Origin: Bacillota bacterium | GTDB lineage: Bacteria > Bacillota > Clostridia > Acetivibrionales > DSM-1351 | Reading direction: 5' to 3' | Length of the DNA stretch: 24,000 nucleotides | NCBI GenBank assembly: GCA_023390335.1 | Contig: JAEWCZ010000073.1 | Coordinates: forward strand, 55,094 to 79,093 | In this document: positions 8,120-15,031 of the stretch, piece after piece | Numbering within the stretch: position 1 is the first letter of the stretch | Layout: every line of letters begins with the position of its first letter | Made by a program: the position numbers and the translations under genes | The notes under the pieces: model-generated | What the model saw: the letters and a program-made list of their open reading frames with translations, nothing else | What the model was told of the DNA's origin: nothing | Databases searched by the model: none

Positions 8120-9142
8120 ATGAAATATCCAGAGATAAACTGTTATCCATTTCATGCAAATTTGTTATCCGTTATTTCGAATAATGATTTATATAAAGAA
8201 TGGTTTTATAATTTTTATATTCAATTAGTATGCCCTAAAAATTATCAACAAAGAGGGATGAGAATTGACTATTACACAACACTTTTATGGAAGTCATGTC
8301 CTTTTATCTATTATCAAAGGCTTAGTAGAGATTTGGTTAATGTAAAATGGAATTCTATAATTGAGTTTATTATTGATTGTATTTCCCTTGGATATTACGT
8401 ATATTTTACCATTAATACGTATTTTGTTTCTAATTATGATTCATTTCTAAACGAGCACATGATTCATGATATTTTTATTTTTGGATATGATACTGAAAAA
8501 GAAATTTTCAAAGTTGCAGATAATTTTAAAAATGGTAAATATGCCTATGAAGAGGCAACATTTAAAGAAATTTATGAAGGTTATACTAATATAAGCCTAA
8601 CTAATCGAACTGAGTGGCTTGATGGCATAGAACTTATCAATTATAGAAAAAAAACCAATTATTTTGATGAAGCAACTCACGAATATACATTTGATATGTC
8701 GCTTTTTAAAGATTCTTTACAAGATTATTTAAACTCAATAAATACGGTAACAAGATATAGAATTCCTAGTGAACAATGGCGTTCTGGAGGTGATTGGGTA
8801 TACGGGCTAGACATATATGATTTCATACACAATTATTTTGATGATTTGTTAGCTGATAAAACTTTTTATGATATTAGACCTTTTCATGTTTTGTGGGAAC
8901 ATAAGAAAATAATGTTAAATAGGCTTAAGTATTTAAAAGATAGTGGATACTTGTCTGATTTGGATTCCGTCTATAATAAATATTCAGACATAGAAAATGA
9001 TATGCTACTCATTAAAAGTCTATGGATTAAATATTCTTTGATAAAAGAAGAAGATACAATAATTAAAATATTAAAAAAGCTAGAAGAAGTAAAAGCAAAG
9101 GAACAGAAAATACTTGAAAGACTTATAAGTATGCTCCCATGA
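8120..9142 (+). CDS. Hypothetical protein (340 aa); possible papain-like Cys/His fold (BtrH_N/C39-like), uncertain
   Basis: A long uninterrupted ORF in very AT-rich DNA. There is no SD upstream of the ATG at 8120. Pattern: N-terminal Cys (EINCYPFHANLL) and a later HDIFIFGYDTEKEIFKVADNF block resembling the His strand of papain-like peptidases/acyltransferases. Confidence 0.55.
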   Translation: MKYPEINCYPFHANLLSVISNNDLYKEWFYNFYIQLVCPKNYQQRGMRIDYYTTLLWKSCPFIYYQRLSRDLVNVKWNSIIEFIIDCISLGYYVYFTINTYFVSNYDSFLNEHMIHDIFIFGYDTEKEIFKVADNFKNGKYAYEEATFKEIYEGYTNISLTNRTEWLDGIELINYRKKTNYFDEATHEYTFDMSLFKDSLQDYLNSINTVTRYRIPSEQWRSGGDWVYGLDIYDFIHNYFDDLLADKTFYDIRPFHVLWEHKKIMLNRLKYLKDSGYLSDLDSVYNKYSDIENDMLLIKSLWIKYSLIKEEDTIIKILKKLEEVKAKEQKILERLISMLP

Positions 9143-9159
9143 AGGGAAATATTCAATTT

Positions 9160-9735
9160 TTAGCTTTTAACAGATAGTCTATCAATTTTGTGTAAACTAA
9201 GGGATAATATAGTAAGTGATTCGATATATAGCATAGTAAATAAATCTTCTAAGCCTTTCATCATTTGAATTCCACACCTTCCTGCCAAATGTATTATCGC
9301 AACAGCCACATATAACTTTCCCTGCAAACGGGTTATTGTTATTAGCATAATCATACTTATACAGTCCATGCTTTTTTGCAAATATCTTTCAAACTGTACT
9401 GCCTCCCATGTTTCCTTATCAATAATTGCAGGATGGCTTTCTTCCACATAATATTGCGGAACAGCTCCGTTATTCTCAACCCTTTTTTTAGTGAGGAAAT
9501 CAATGGTATATGTTTTTTGAAGTTACTCAGCATTTTCCTGATACTGCCCTCATACCATTTTTGCTTTTCCATTCCAATTGAATACTCCATCCCTCTCAAG
9601 CTCCTGCGCTATCCTGTTCGGACCTTTTCTTTCAAGATAATCGGTAAATATTCTTCAGTACTTCACCCTTTGAATCCATCGTTCGTATATTTTCTTTTTC
9701 AAATATTATCTCTATACCAAGCTCCAAATTAAAAA
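9160..9735 (-). pseudogene. Large serine recombinase remnant (recombinase/zinc-ribbon region only), multiple frameshifts
   Basis: Fragments in three frames: ...ELERDGVFNWNGKAKMV..., ...[15 protein letters not shown]..., ...[18 protein letters not shown].... These are typical of the central domain of large serine recombinases. The N-terminal resolvase catalytic domain is absent. Confidence 0.7.
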
Positions 9736-9754
9736 AGACGCACTGCAGGATTGA

Positions 9755-10148
9755 TTAAAACCCTGTGCAGAGAGAGTCATCACTCATAACAGCACCCATT
9801 GCCACACCGATTCCCTTTAAAACACCGCCTAGCTTTTCAAAACGAGTGCCTGCACTATCTGCCGTATTTGCCGACTCCTTAACTTCCCTGTCAAACTCAC
9901 TGACTTTGTTCTCCGCTTCATCAAAGCCGCTTCCCGTGGTATTCAGAGCCTCGTCGTTGTTTGCCAGCTCCTTTTACCATATTGTTAAGGTCTGCATTTG
10001 CATTGTTAAGCTGAATTTGCCATGCCCGAGCTCGCTTATCATTCTCGCCAAAGGAGGTGGCTGCATTCAGCAATGCTTTTTCAAGAGTAGATACCTTTTC
10101 CTTCTGAGTATCTATCTCCTTGTTAAGCACCTGATTTCTTGCAGTGTT
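9755..10148 (-). pseudogene. Phage tail tape measure protein fragment (N-proximal part), frameshifted near 9970 and truncated at both ends
   Basis: The minus strand reads ...KEIDTQKEKVSTLEKALLNAATSFGENDKRARAWQIQLNNANADLNNMVK. After a 1-nt frame change it reads ELANNDEALNTTGSGFDEAENKVSEFDREVKESANTADSAGTRFEKLGGVLKGIGVAMGAVM...*. This coiled-coil plus GIGVAMG pattern is typical of Firmicute phage TMPs. Confidence 0.65.
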
Positions 10149-10703
10149 ATATTCCTTTGCTAAAATGCCATACATAGCACTGTCACATATCCCTTGATTA
10201 TTCCAGTCTGCTTCCCTAAGTGTCCCCTCGTACTTTAAACCACATTTCACCATTACTTTTCCAGAATTAGGATTTATTGGGTCATGGCGTGATTCAATGC
10301 GATTTACTCCTACTTCTTCAAAAAGAAATTCAACTAATGCGGCTAAAGCTTCAGAAGTAATTCCTTGCTTCCACCATCTTTTTCCTATGCAATACCCAAT
10401 ATGTACCATTTTTACAACATCGTCTTTTCGAACAACGGCAATACTGCCAATTGGTTCATCGCCGTTTTCTTTTAATATAATAGCCCATTGGTAATAGTCA
10501 TCTTTAGCATATTGATTGGTCCAATCAGACAACACATTACGGCTGATTTCAACCGATTTATGAAATGGCCACATTAAGTATTTTGTAACTTCTGAGTCGT
10601 TTGCCCAGTTATTAAACATTGCATCAGCATCTTCTATGACAAACCTACGAAGTACCAATCTATTCGTCTCAAGCCTTTTTGTACCTAAATGTTTCATCTG
10701 CAC
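9921..10703 (-). CDS. GNAT family N-acetyltransferase (RimJ/RimL-like), open frame running on into tape-measure-derived sequence
   Basis: SD GGAGGTG upstream of the ATG at 10703. The first ~185 aa are GNAT-like (RLETNRLVLRRFVIEDADAMFNNWANDSEVTKYLMWP; IGYCIGKRWWKQGITSEA). The last ~75 aa are TMP-like coiled coil. Confidence 0.8.
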   Translation of the reverse strand: MQMKHLGTKRLETNRLVLRRFVIEDADAMFNNWANDSEVTKYLMWPFHKSVEISRNVLSDWTNQYAKDDYYQWAIILKENGDEPIGSIAVVRKDDVVKMVHIGYCIGKRWWKQGITSEALAALVEFLFEEVGVNRIESRHDPINPNSGKVMVKCGLKYEGTLREADWNNQGICDSAMYGILAKEYNTARNQVLNKEIDTQKEKVSTLEKALLNAATSFGENDKRARAWQIQLNNANADLNNMVKGAGKQRRGSEYHGKRL

Positions 10704-10866
10704 ACCTCCACTAATCTAAATAATCTGTACTCGAACTTTTCTTACACGAATTCAGCAAGCAGAAGCCGTTGTTAGTGCGTCCTTTACTACTTATCTTCGC
10801 TACCTTTAACTCACGTTATTAATTTACTAAAATCTGATAAAAGGCAGAACTTTGATTTTATTATCA

Positions 10867-11346
10867 TTAAAACGGGATACTGTTAGTTTGGTTATAAACA
10901 TCGACTCTTTTTATAACTAGGTATTGCTTCGCCCACTCTCGGATTTGGCTAATCTCTTCTTCTGATAAATCAAAAACTAATGTTTCATCTCCATAATGTC
11001 CACTTGAAAACAATAGCTTTTTATCATGGTATAAGTTAAGAGTAAACCATTTAATATACCCTTCTCTAGATGTGAAATTTTTCTGTACTTCAATTTCAAA
11101 ATCATTTGTAACTTTCCCTTGAAAAACAATTTCTTCAGTTTCTTCATTATTTATTTCCATACCATACTTCAATCCCGATTCTATGGCTTCCACATCGTCA
11201 GGCCACAACCTCATTTCGAATGTATCTGCCTTCTTAAGAGATTTTTTTATAATACTAATCCACCATGAATAATCTTCAAAAATATGAGCCATGCAGTTGC
11301 TTGCAAATACTCCGCTATTAATTATAAACATTACATAATGTGACAT
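10867..11346 (-). CDS. Hypothetical protein (159 aa)
   Basis: ORF only; I recognise no motifs. Confidence 0.45.
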   Translation of the reverse strand: MSHYVMFIINSGVFASNCMAHIFEDYSWWISIIKKSLKKADTFEMRLWPDDVEAIESGLKYGMEINNEETEEIVFQGKVTNDFEIEVQKNFTSREGYIKWFTLNLYHDKKLLFSSGHYGDETLVFDLSEEEISQIREWAKQYLVIKRVDVYNQTNSIPF

Positions 11347-11424
11347 TAAATCACCTCACAAAAACATAAATAATCTTTGTTGCATATTATAAAAGCAAAC
11401 ATGAATTAAAAATAACATAAGGGG

Positions 11425-11943
11425 TTAACTATCTTTTTGCAGAAGAACATTTTTACTTGTCAAGTTTTCAAAAACGTCGTACATTTTGTTCCATGTTTTA
11501 GGGTACTGATTGCTCCCGCTTATTTCCTTTTTGGTTGAATCAGAAAACATGATAGTAATTCCCCACTGATGGCCATCTAAAATATTATTATTCTTATAAG
11601 TATCTTTCCAATTTGTAAATCCATATCTTGAAGATTCAAGAATAAATGTTTCAATCTTGTCTTCTCTCAGATCGCAAACAAAGGTAAACCCTTCATTTTT
11701 AGCAGAAGAATCACGAGCAACGAAATTCTCGTAACTGTTAGATGTAAATTCCCAGAACTGCTTATTTTTAAGATCTATTTTATATTCAGGAAATCTTTGT
11801 CCAAAAGCCTCATGGTAAACATATACTAAATCAATCGGTTTTTGGTAAGTTTTTACATCCTTTGGGGTTTGATAAGTTGTTTGGCAAGCATGTACACAAA
11901 TACAAATCAATAATACTAGGGAAATAGCTATTATCCTTTTCAT
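11425..11943 (-). CDS. Putative lipoprotein (172 aa)
   Basis: N-terminal signal peptide MKRIIAISLVLLICICVHAC with a lipobox-like VHAC. The rest is hydrophilic. Confidence 0.6.
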   Translation of the reverse strand: MKRIIAISLVLLICICVHACQTTYQTPKDVKTYQKPIDLVYVYHEAFGQRFPEYKIDLKNKQFWEFTSNSYENFVARDSSAKNEGFTFVCDLREDKIETFILESSRYGFTNWKDTYKNNNILDGHQWGITIMFSDSTKKEISGSNQYPKTWNKMYDVFENLTSKNVLLQKDS

Positions 11944-12037
11944 AGCCTAACCTCTCAAAATATAAAAAATCTCCAATTCGCACTTAAAACCAACATGTAT
12001 TAAATATAACATATTTGTTAAAATCCTACTGCACATG

Positions 12038-12077
12038 CTAAACACCAATAGGAATCACATCATCAATAAACAGCTCT
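12038..12077. repeat. 40-bp direct repeat, copy 1 (37/40 identical to 13515..13554)
   Basis: ctaaacaccaataggaatcacatcatcaataaacagctct versus ctaaataccaaaaggaatcacaacatcaataaacagctct. On the minus strand each copy encodes ELFID(D/V)VIP(I/F)G(V/I)-stop. Confidence 0.85.
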
Positions 12078-12124
12078 TATAAAGAATGCTATTTGCTCAT
12101 TGCAGATAATGTTTATTATGACAA

Positions 12125-12892
12125 TTATGGTTTCGTTCCGAGATACAAATCCATAGTATCATGTATATCAATCTTTCCGCCAAATTTCTTGATTACATCT
12201 GAAATATCGTTTTCTAATCCTGTTTTAGCGTCATTATCCATAGCTCTGTGGTCTGAATATGTATTTAACAACGAAATATACTCATTAACTTTTAAAATAC
12301 GAGTTTGGTGGTATAACTTTGATGTGACATTCACAAAACCATATTTACTTAGTAAATCTGTATATTTTTTGCAGAAATTTTCATCAAATTCTAGTTTCGG
12401 ATTATCAGAAGAAGGTCTATATTTACCGTATGCTTTTTGAATTTCAACATGCATCGCATCGTTTTCACGATGAGGATGATTCCAAAACAATGCAATAACA
12501 CCTTTGGACTTCAACAAATCAAAAACTTTTGTAAATCCAATATGTTCCGGTATCCAATGAAAAGCCGTCGCCGAATATATCAAGTTAAACCGGTTTGTAA
12601 CGGATGAATAGCTTTCAAAATCAATATTGACTACATTAAAATTATCAAATAAAGCAAATTTATTTTTGGAATACGCTGCTAAATTTTCTCCAAGCTCAAT
12701 TGCAGTCAAATTACATCCTGTTTTAAGGATAGGCATTGTGGCCTGCCCGGTACCAATACCTATTTCGAGTACATTTTTTGTATTATCTAATTTTGAATAG
12801 TTTATAATATCCATAAACAATTCATTGACATAGGTTGGACGGTATTTATCATAATTTGTTACATCTTCGTTGAATTTAAGACGCAAATCCAT
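12125..12892 (-). CDS. Class I SAM-dependent methyltransferase
   Basis: Motif I VLEIGIGTGQAT. The likely start is ATG 12892 (MDLRLKF), with SD GAGGGGG 6 nt upstream, rather than the track start at 12943. Confidence 0.85.
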   Translation of the reverse strand: MDLRLKFNEDVTNYDKYRPTYVNELFMDIINYSKLDNTKNVLEIGIGTGQATMPILKTGCNLTAIELGENLAAYSKNKFALFDNFNVVNIDFESYSSVTNRFNLIYSATAFHWIPEHIGFTKVFDLLKSKGVIALFWNHPHRENDAMHVEIQKAYGKYRPSSDNPKLEFDENFCKKYTDLLSKYGFVNVTSKLYHQTRILKVNEYISLLNTYSDHRAMDNDAKTGLENDISDVIKKFGGKIDIHDTMDLYLGTKP

Positions 12893-12967
12893 TTGAGTCC
12901 CCCTCTTATATCTATACATGTAGTAAAAAATAACCTGATGCATTAATACTATATTTGGAATATGCTG

Positions 12968-13405
12968 TTAAAGCCATTGAATAAATGCTGTTTTGTCATT
13001 TGAACTATATCCTGCTTTTCTGTAAAAATTCATTGTGCTCTCTTTTTTACTTCCTGTCATAAGCATGATTTTATAGCAATTATTGTCTATGGCTATTTGT
13101 TTTGCGTAATTAAGAATTGCTGTTGCGTAACCTTTGTTTCGATAAGATGTATCAGTAATTACATTTTCAATAAATGCATATGGTTGTTGATTATGGGTTA
13201 GATTAGGTACAATTAGTAGCACACAAGATGAAATGATAGTATCATCTATTTTTCCAATAATAACGTAATGATTCTTATCATTTAATATTTTTTCCCATAA
13301 TAAAAGTATTTCCTCATCAATTTCTGGCATGTGGTTATCATGAAGCTGAGTGTAAATCTTCAATAATCCGTTCAAATCATCTGCTTTTGCTTCATAAATT
13401 TTCAT
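12968..13405 (-). CDS. GNAT family N-acetyltransferase
   Basis: 145-aa ORF with acetyl-CoA motif A-like YRNKGYATAILNYA and SD GGGAGGG upstream. Confidence 0.85.
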   Translation of the reverse strand: MKIYEAKADDLNGLLKIYTQLHDNHMPEIDEEILLLWEKILNDKNHYVIIGKIDDTIISSCVLLIVPNLTHNQQPYAFIENVITDTSYRNKGYATAILNYAKQIAIDNNCYKIMLMTGSKKESTMNFYRKAGYSSNDKTAFIQWL

Positions 13406-13485
13406 AAAGGTACCCTCCCAAAATATAAAGATTACAAATGAAGTAAAATCCAGACCTTTTCATACATTAAAAGAAAGATGAACTA

Positions 13486-13494
13486 ATTATATCA
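13486..13494 (-). promoter_or_regulatory. Putative extended -10 promoter element (TGATATAAT) for the GNAT/methyltransferase cassette
   Basis: The minus strand reads TGATATAAT about 80 nt upstream of the ATG at 13405. I identified no convincing -35. Confidence 0.35.
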
Positions 13495-13514
13495 CGTAGA
13501 GAAACCTCATGAAA

Positions 13515-13554
13515 CTAAATACCAAAAGGAATCACAACATCAATAAACAGCTCT
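13515..13554. repeat. 40-bp direct repeat, copy 2 (3' end of the chaperone -1 frame extension)
   Basis: See copy 1. This copy is the genuine 3' end of an open reading frame; copy 1 is preceded by an in-frame TAA. Confidence 0.85.
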
Positions 13555-13724
13555 CTTTTCGGTTTAGCCAAACCATTAAACTGCTTGTGAATTTCCCATT
13601 GGTCCAGAAGCCCTCCAATGGGCATTAGCCAGACCTCCGCTTCATTTCTTCTTAGCTGTGTTACACCATAATAAATAGGCCGGGCAAACAATTCTTCATC
13701 GCTTACCCGACTGGCATGTTTTTT
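13515..13724 (-). CDS. -1 frame extension of the tail assembly chaperone (GT-like product), joined to ORF 13703..14143 at the slippery site
   Basis: The -1 frame is open from just upstream of the slippery heptamer. It reads ...KKHASRVSDEELFARPIYYGVTQLRRNEAEVWLMPIGGLLDQWEIHKQFNGLAKPKRELFIDVVIPFGI*. Confidence 0.5.
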   Translation of the reverse strand, partial: KKHASRVSDEELFARPIYYGVTQLRRNEAEVWLMPIGGLLDQWEIHKQFNGLAKPKRELFIDVVIPFGI

Positions 13725-14143
13725 GTGCTACTCTCCTCCGATTCAATGTATCTCTTTGTTCCCCTGTACATTGCTTCCATAATCACTTCTTTATATGTTG
13801 CAAGCTCAAAAGGCGAGGTCAAAAGTTCTACTTCTTCCTCAGTCAGAAGCTCTCTTCTGTCATTTTTGTTCTGTAAATTGTGTATAAGCACACCTTGATT
13901 TGCCAATAGTGTAATAAGCCATACTATTTTATCCAATGCCATTTCAAAGCTTTCTAATTTCATAGCCTTATCGCCTAATTTTTCAATTCCTCCATACCTC
14001 TTGGCTATTTCCTTTGTTGCCTTGGTAGTCAGAATTAGTTGATACTCCATACCGCCTATTTCTATTATATCTAATTGTTGTATAGGGGATTTTTCTATAA
14101 CAAAATGGCCTCTTGACTGTGTTGCTTTAATAAAGAGAATCAA
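13703..14143 (-). CDS. Phage tail assembly chaperone-like protein (G-like product)
   Basis: 146-aa acidic ORF. Its -1 frameshift architecture and TMP-related sequence elsewhere in the region support the call. The N-terminal start is uncertain. Confidence 0.5.
   Translation of the reverse strand: MILFIKATQSRGHFVIEKSPIQQLDIIEIGGMEYQLILTTKATKEIAKRYGGIEKLGDKAMKLESFEMALDKIVWLITLLANQGVLIHNLQNKNDRRELLTEEEVELLTSPFELATYKEVIMEAMYRGTKRYIESEESSTKNMPVG
13718..13724 (-). promoter_or_regulatory. Putative programmed -1 ribosomal frameshift slippery heptamer A_AAA_AAC
   Basis: The zero frame reads ACA AAA AAC ATG CCA GTC GGG TAA. The X_XXY_YYZ heptamer lies 5 codons before the zero-frame stop, and the -1 frame stays open for ~65 more codons. 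Confidence 0.5.
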
Positions 14144-14219
14144 GGGCGAGAATCGATTATCACTTCAGATAAGCACAGTCAGGGATGTAAGCGACAAGTT
14201 TGATGCTGTATCCCGGTAT

Positions 14220-14939
14220 GTGAAAGAAGAAAACCTGTATCAGATAATTATAAACAGGGATAAAATCCGGTATCCCTTTCAGGATTCCAGAGACAGAAGA
14301 CTTAATTTTACAATAGCCCATGAGCTGGGCCATATCCTACTTGACCATCTTTCCATTCCAGACATTCTTAAGACCGATGAAGAAAGAGACATTGAAGACC
14401 TGGAAGCAAATGAGTTTGCAGGCAAGCTTCTCATACCCGAAAAAACTTTATTACATTGTAACTTTGTATCCATACCTGCAGTAGCAGAATTTTTCAATGT
14501 ATCAAACACGGCTCTCTGGATAAGGCTTAACAATCTGCAAAGGCTTGATTTGCTTGAGTCCAAAATAACCCGGGTATGTAACAAATGCGGAAACACTCAA
14601 TTTCACGGGGCCGCAAGGTATTGCCGAATTTGCGGTAATCATCTAAAAAATAACCTTAACGGCGTTGAAAGAAAATCGTATTATGAAACTGTATCCTTTG
14701 ATGACTACTTCGACCAAACTGAATGCCCATACTGCGGTCAAAAACATTTTTACTGGCCGGAGGGCATTTACCCCAGTTGTAACATGCGACTGTATGACTA
14801 CTGCCACAAAGGGCTATATCTTGACAAAGGCAGCTGTTCTCATACAAAACCGGATTATACAAGGTTTTGTGAAATGTGCGGGCGTGAAACATATTTTAGT
14901 AGTATGGGGTTTTTGAAACTTTCAGAGTCAGTAAGGTAA
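14220..14939 (+). CDS. ImmA/IrrE-family (DUF955) zinc metallopeptidase fused to C-terminal zinc-ribbon repeats; possibly 5'-truncated
   Basis: HExxH motif in NFTIAHELGHILLDH. C-terminal CxxC pairs: CNKCG...CRICG, CPYCG...C, CEMCG. GTG start without SD. The frame stays open far upstream without a start codon, overlapping the chaperone gene on the other strand. Confidence 0.65.
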   Translation: MKEENLYQIIINRDKIRYPFQDSRDRRLNFTIAHELGHILLDHLSIPDILKTDEERDIEDLEANEFAGKLLIPEKTLLHCNFVSIPAVAEFFNVSNTALWIRLNNLQRLDLLESKITRVCNKCGNTQFHGAARYCRICGNHLKNNLNGVERKSYYETVSFDDYFDQTECPYCGQKHFYWPEGIYPSCNMRLYDYCHKGLYLDKGSCSHTKPDYTRFCEMCGRETYFSSMGFLKLSESVR

Positions 14940-14999
14940 AATATCTAAACAATTTATTTGAATTTATACACAAAAATCGTTAATATATCGCACTGTATC

Positions 15000-15024
15000 A
15001 GAGGCAGGCAAAATCCATGCCTCT
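15000..15024. terminator. Hairpin between convergent genes (possible terminator)
   Basis: agaggca-(11 nt loop)-tgcctct followed by tatattctc. It lies between the ImmA-like stop (14939) and the ARH stop (15032). Confidence 0.3.
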
Positions 15025-15031
15025 TATATTC

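Noticed and set aside
9376-10163. Plus-strand ORFs 9376..9732 and 9765..10163
   Set aside because: They are antisense to the serine recombinase and tape-measure remnants, whose minus-strand translations carry recognisable family motifs.
12093-12440. Plus-strand ORF, 115 aa
   Set aside because: It is antisense to the SAM methyltransferase and has neither motifs nor an SD.
12893-12943. Upstream extension of the methyltransferase ORF (MHQVIFYYMYRYKRGTQ)
   Set aside because: The SD GAGGGGG lies inside this extension and serves the ATG at 12892, so the extension is probably untranslated.
14279-14916. ORFs 14279..14596 (-), 14656..14892 (-) and 14665..14916 (+)
   Set aside because: They are nested within the ImmA-like/zinc-ribbon ORF, which has clear HExxH and CxxC motifs. 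The alternatives have none.
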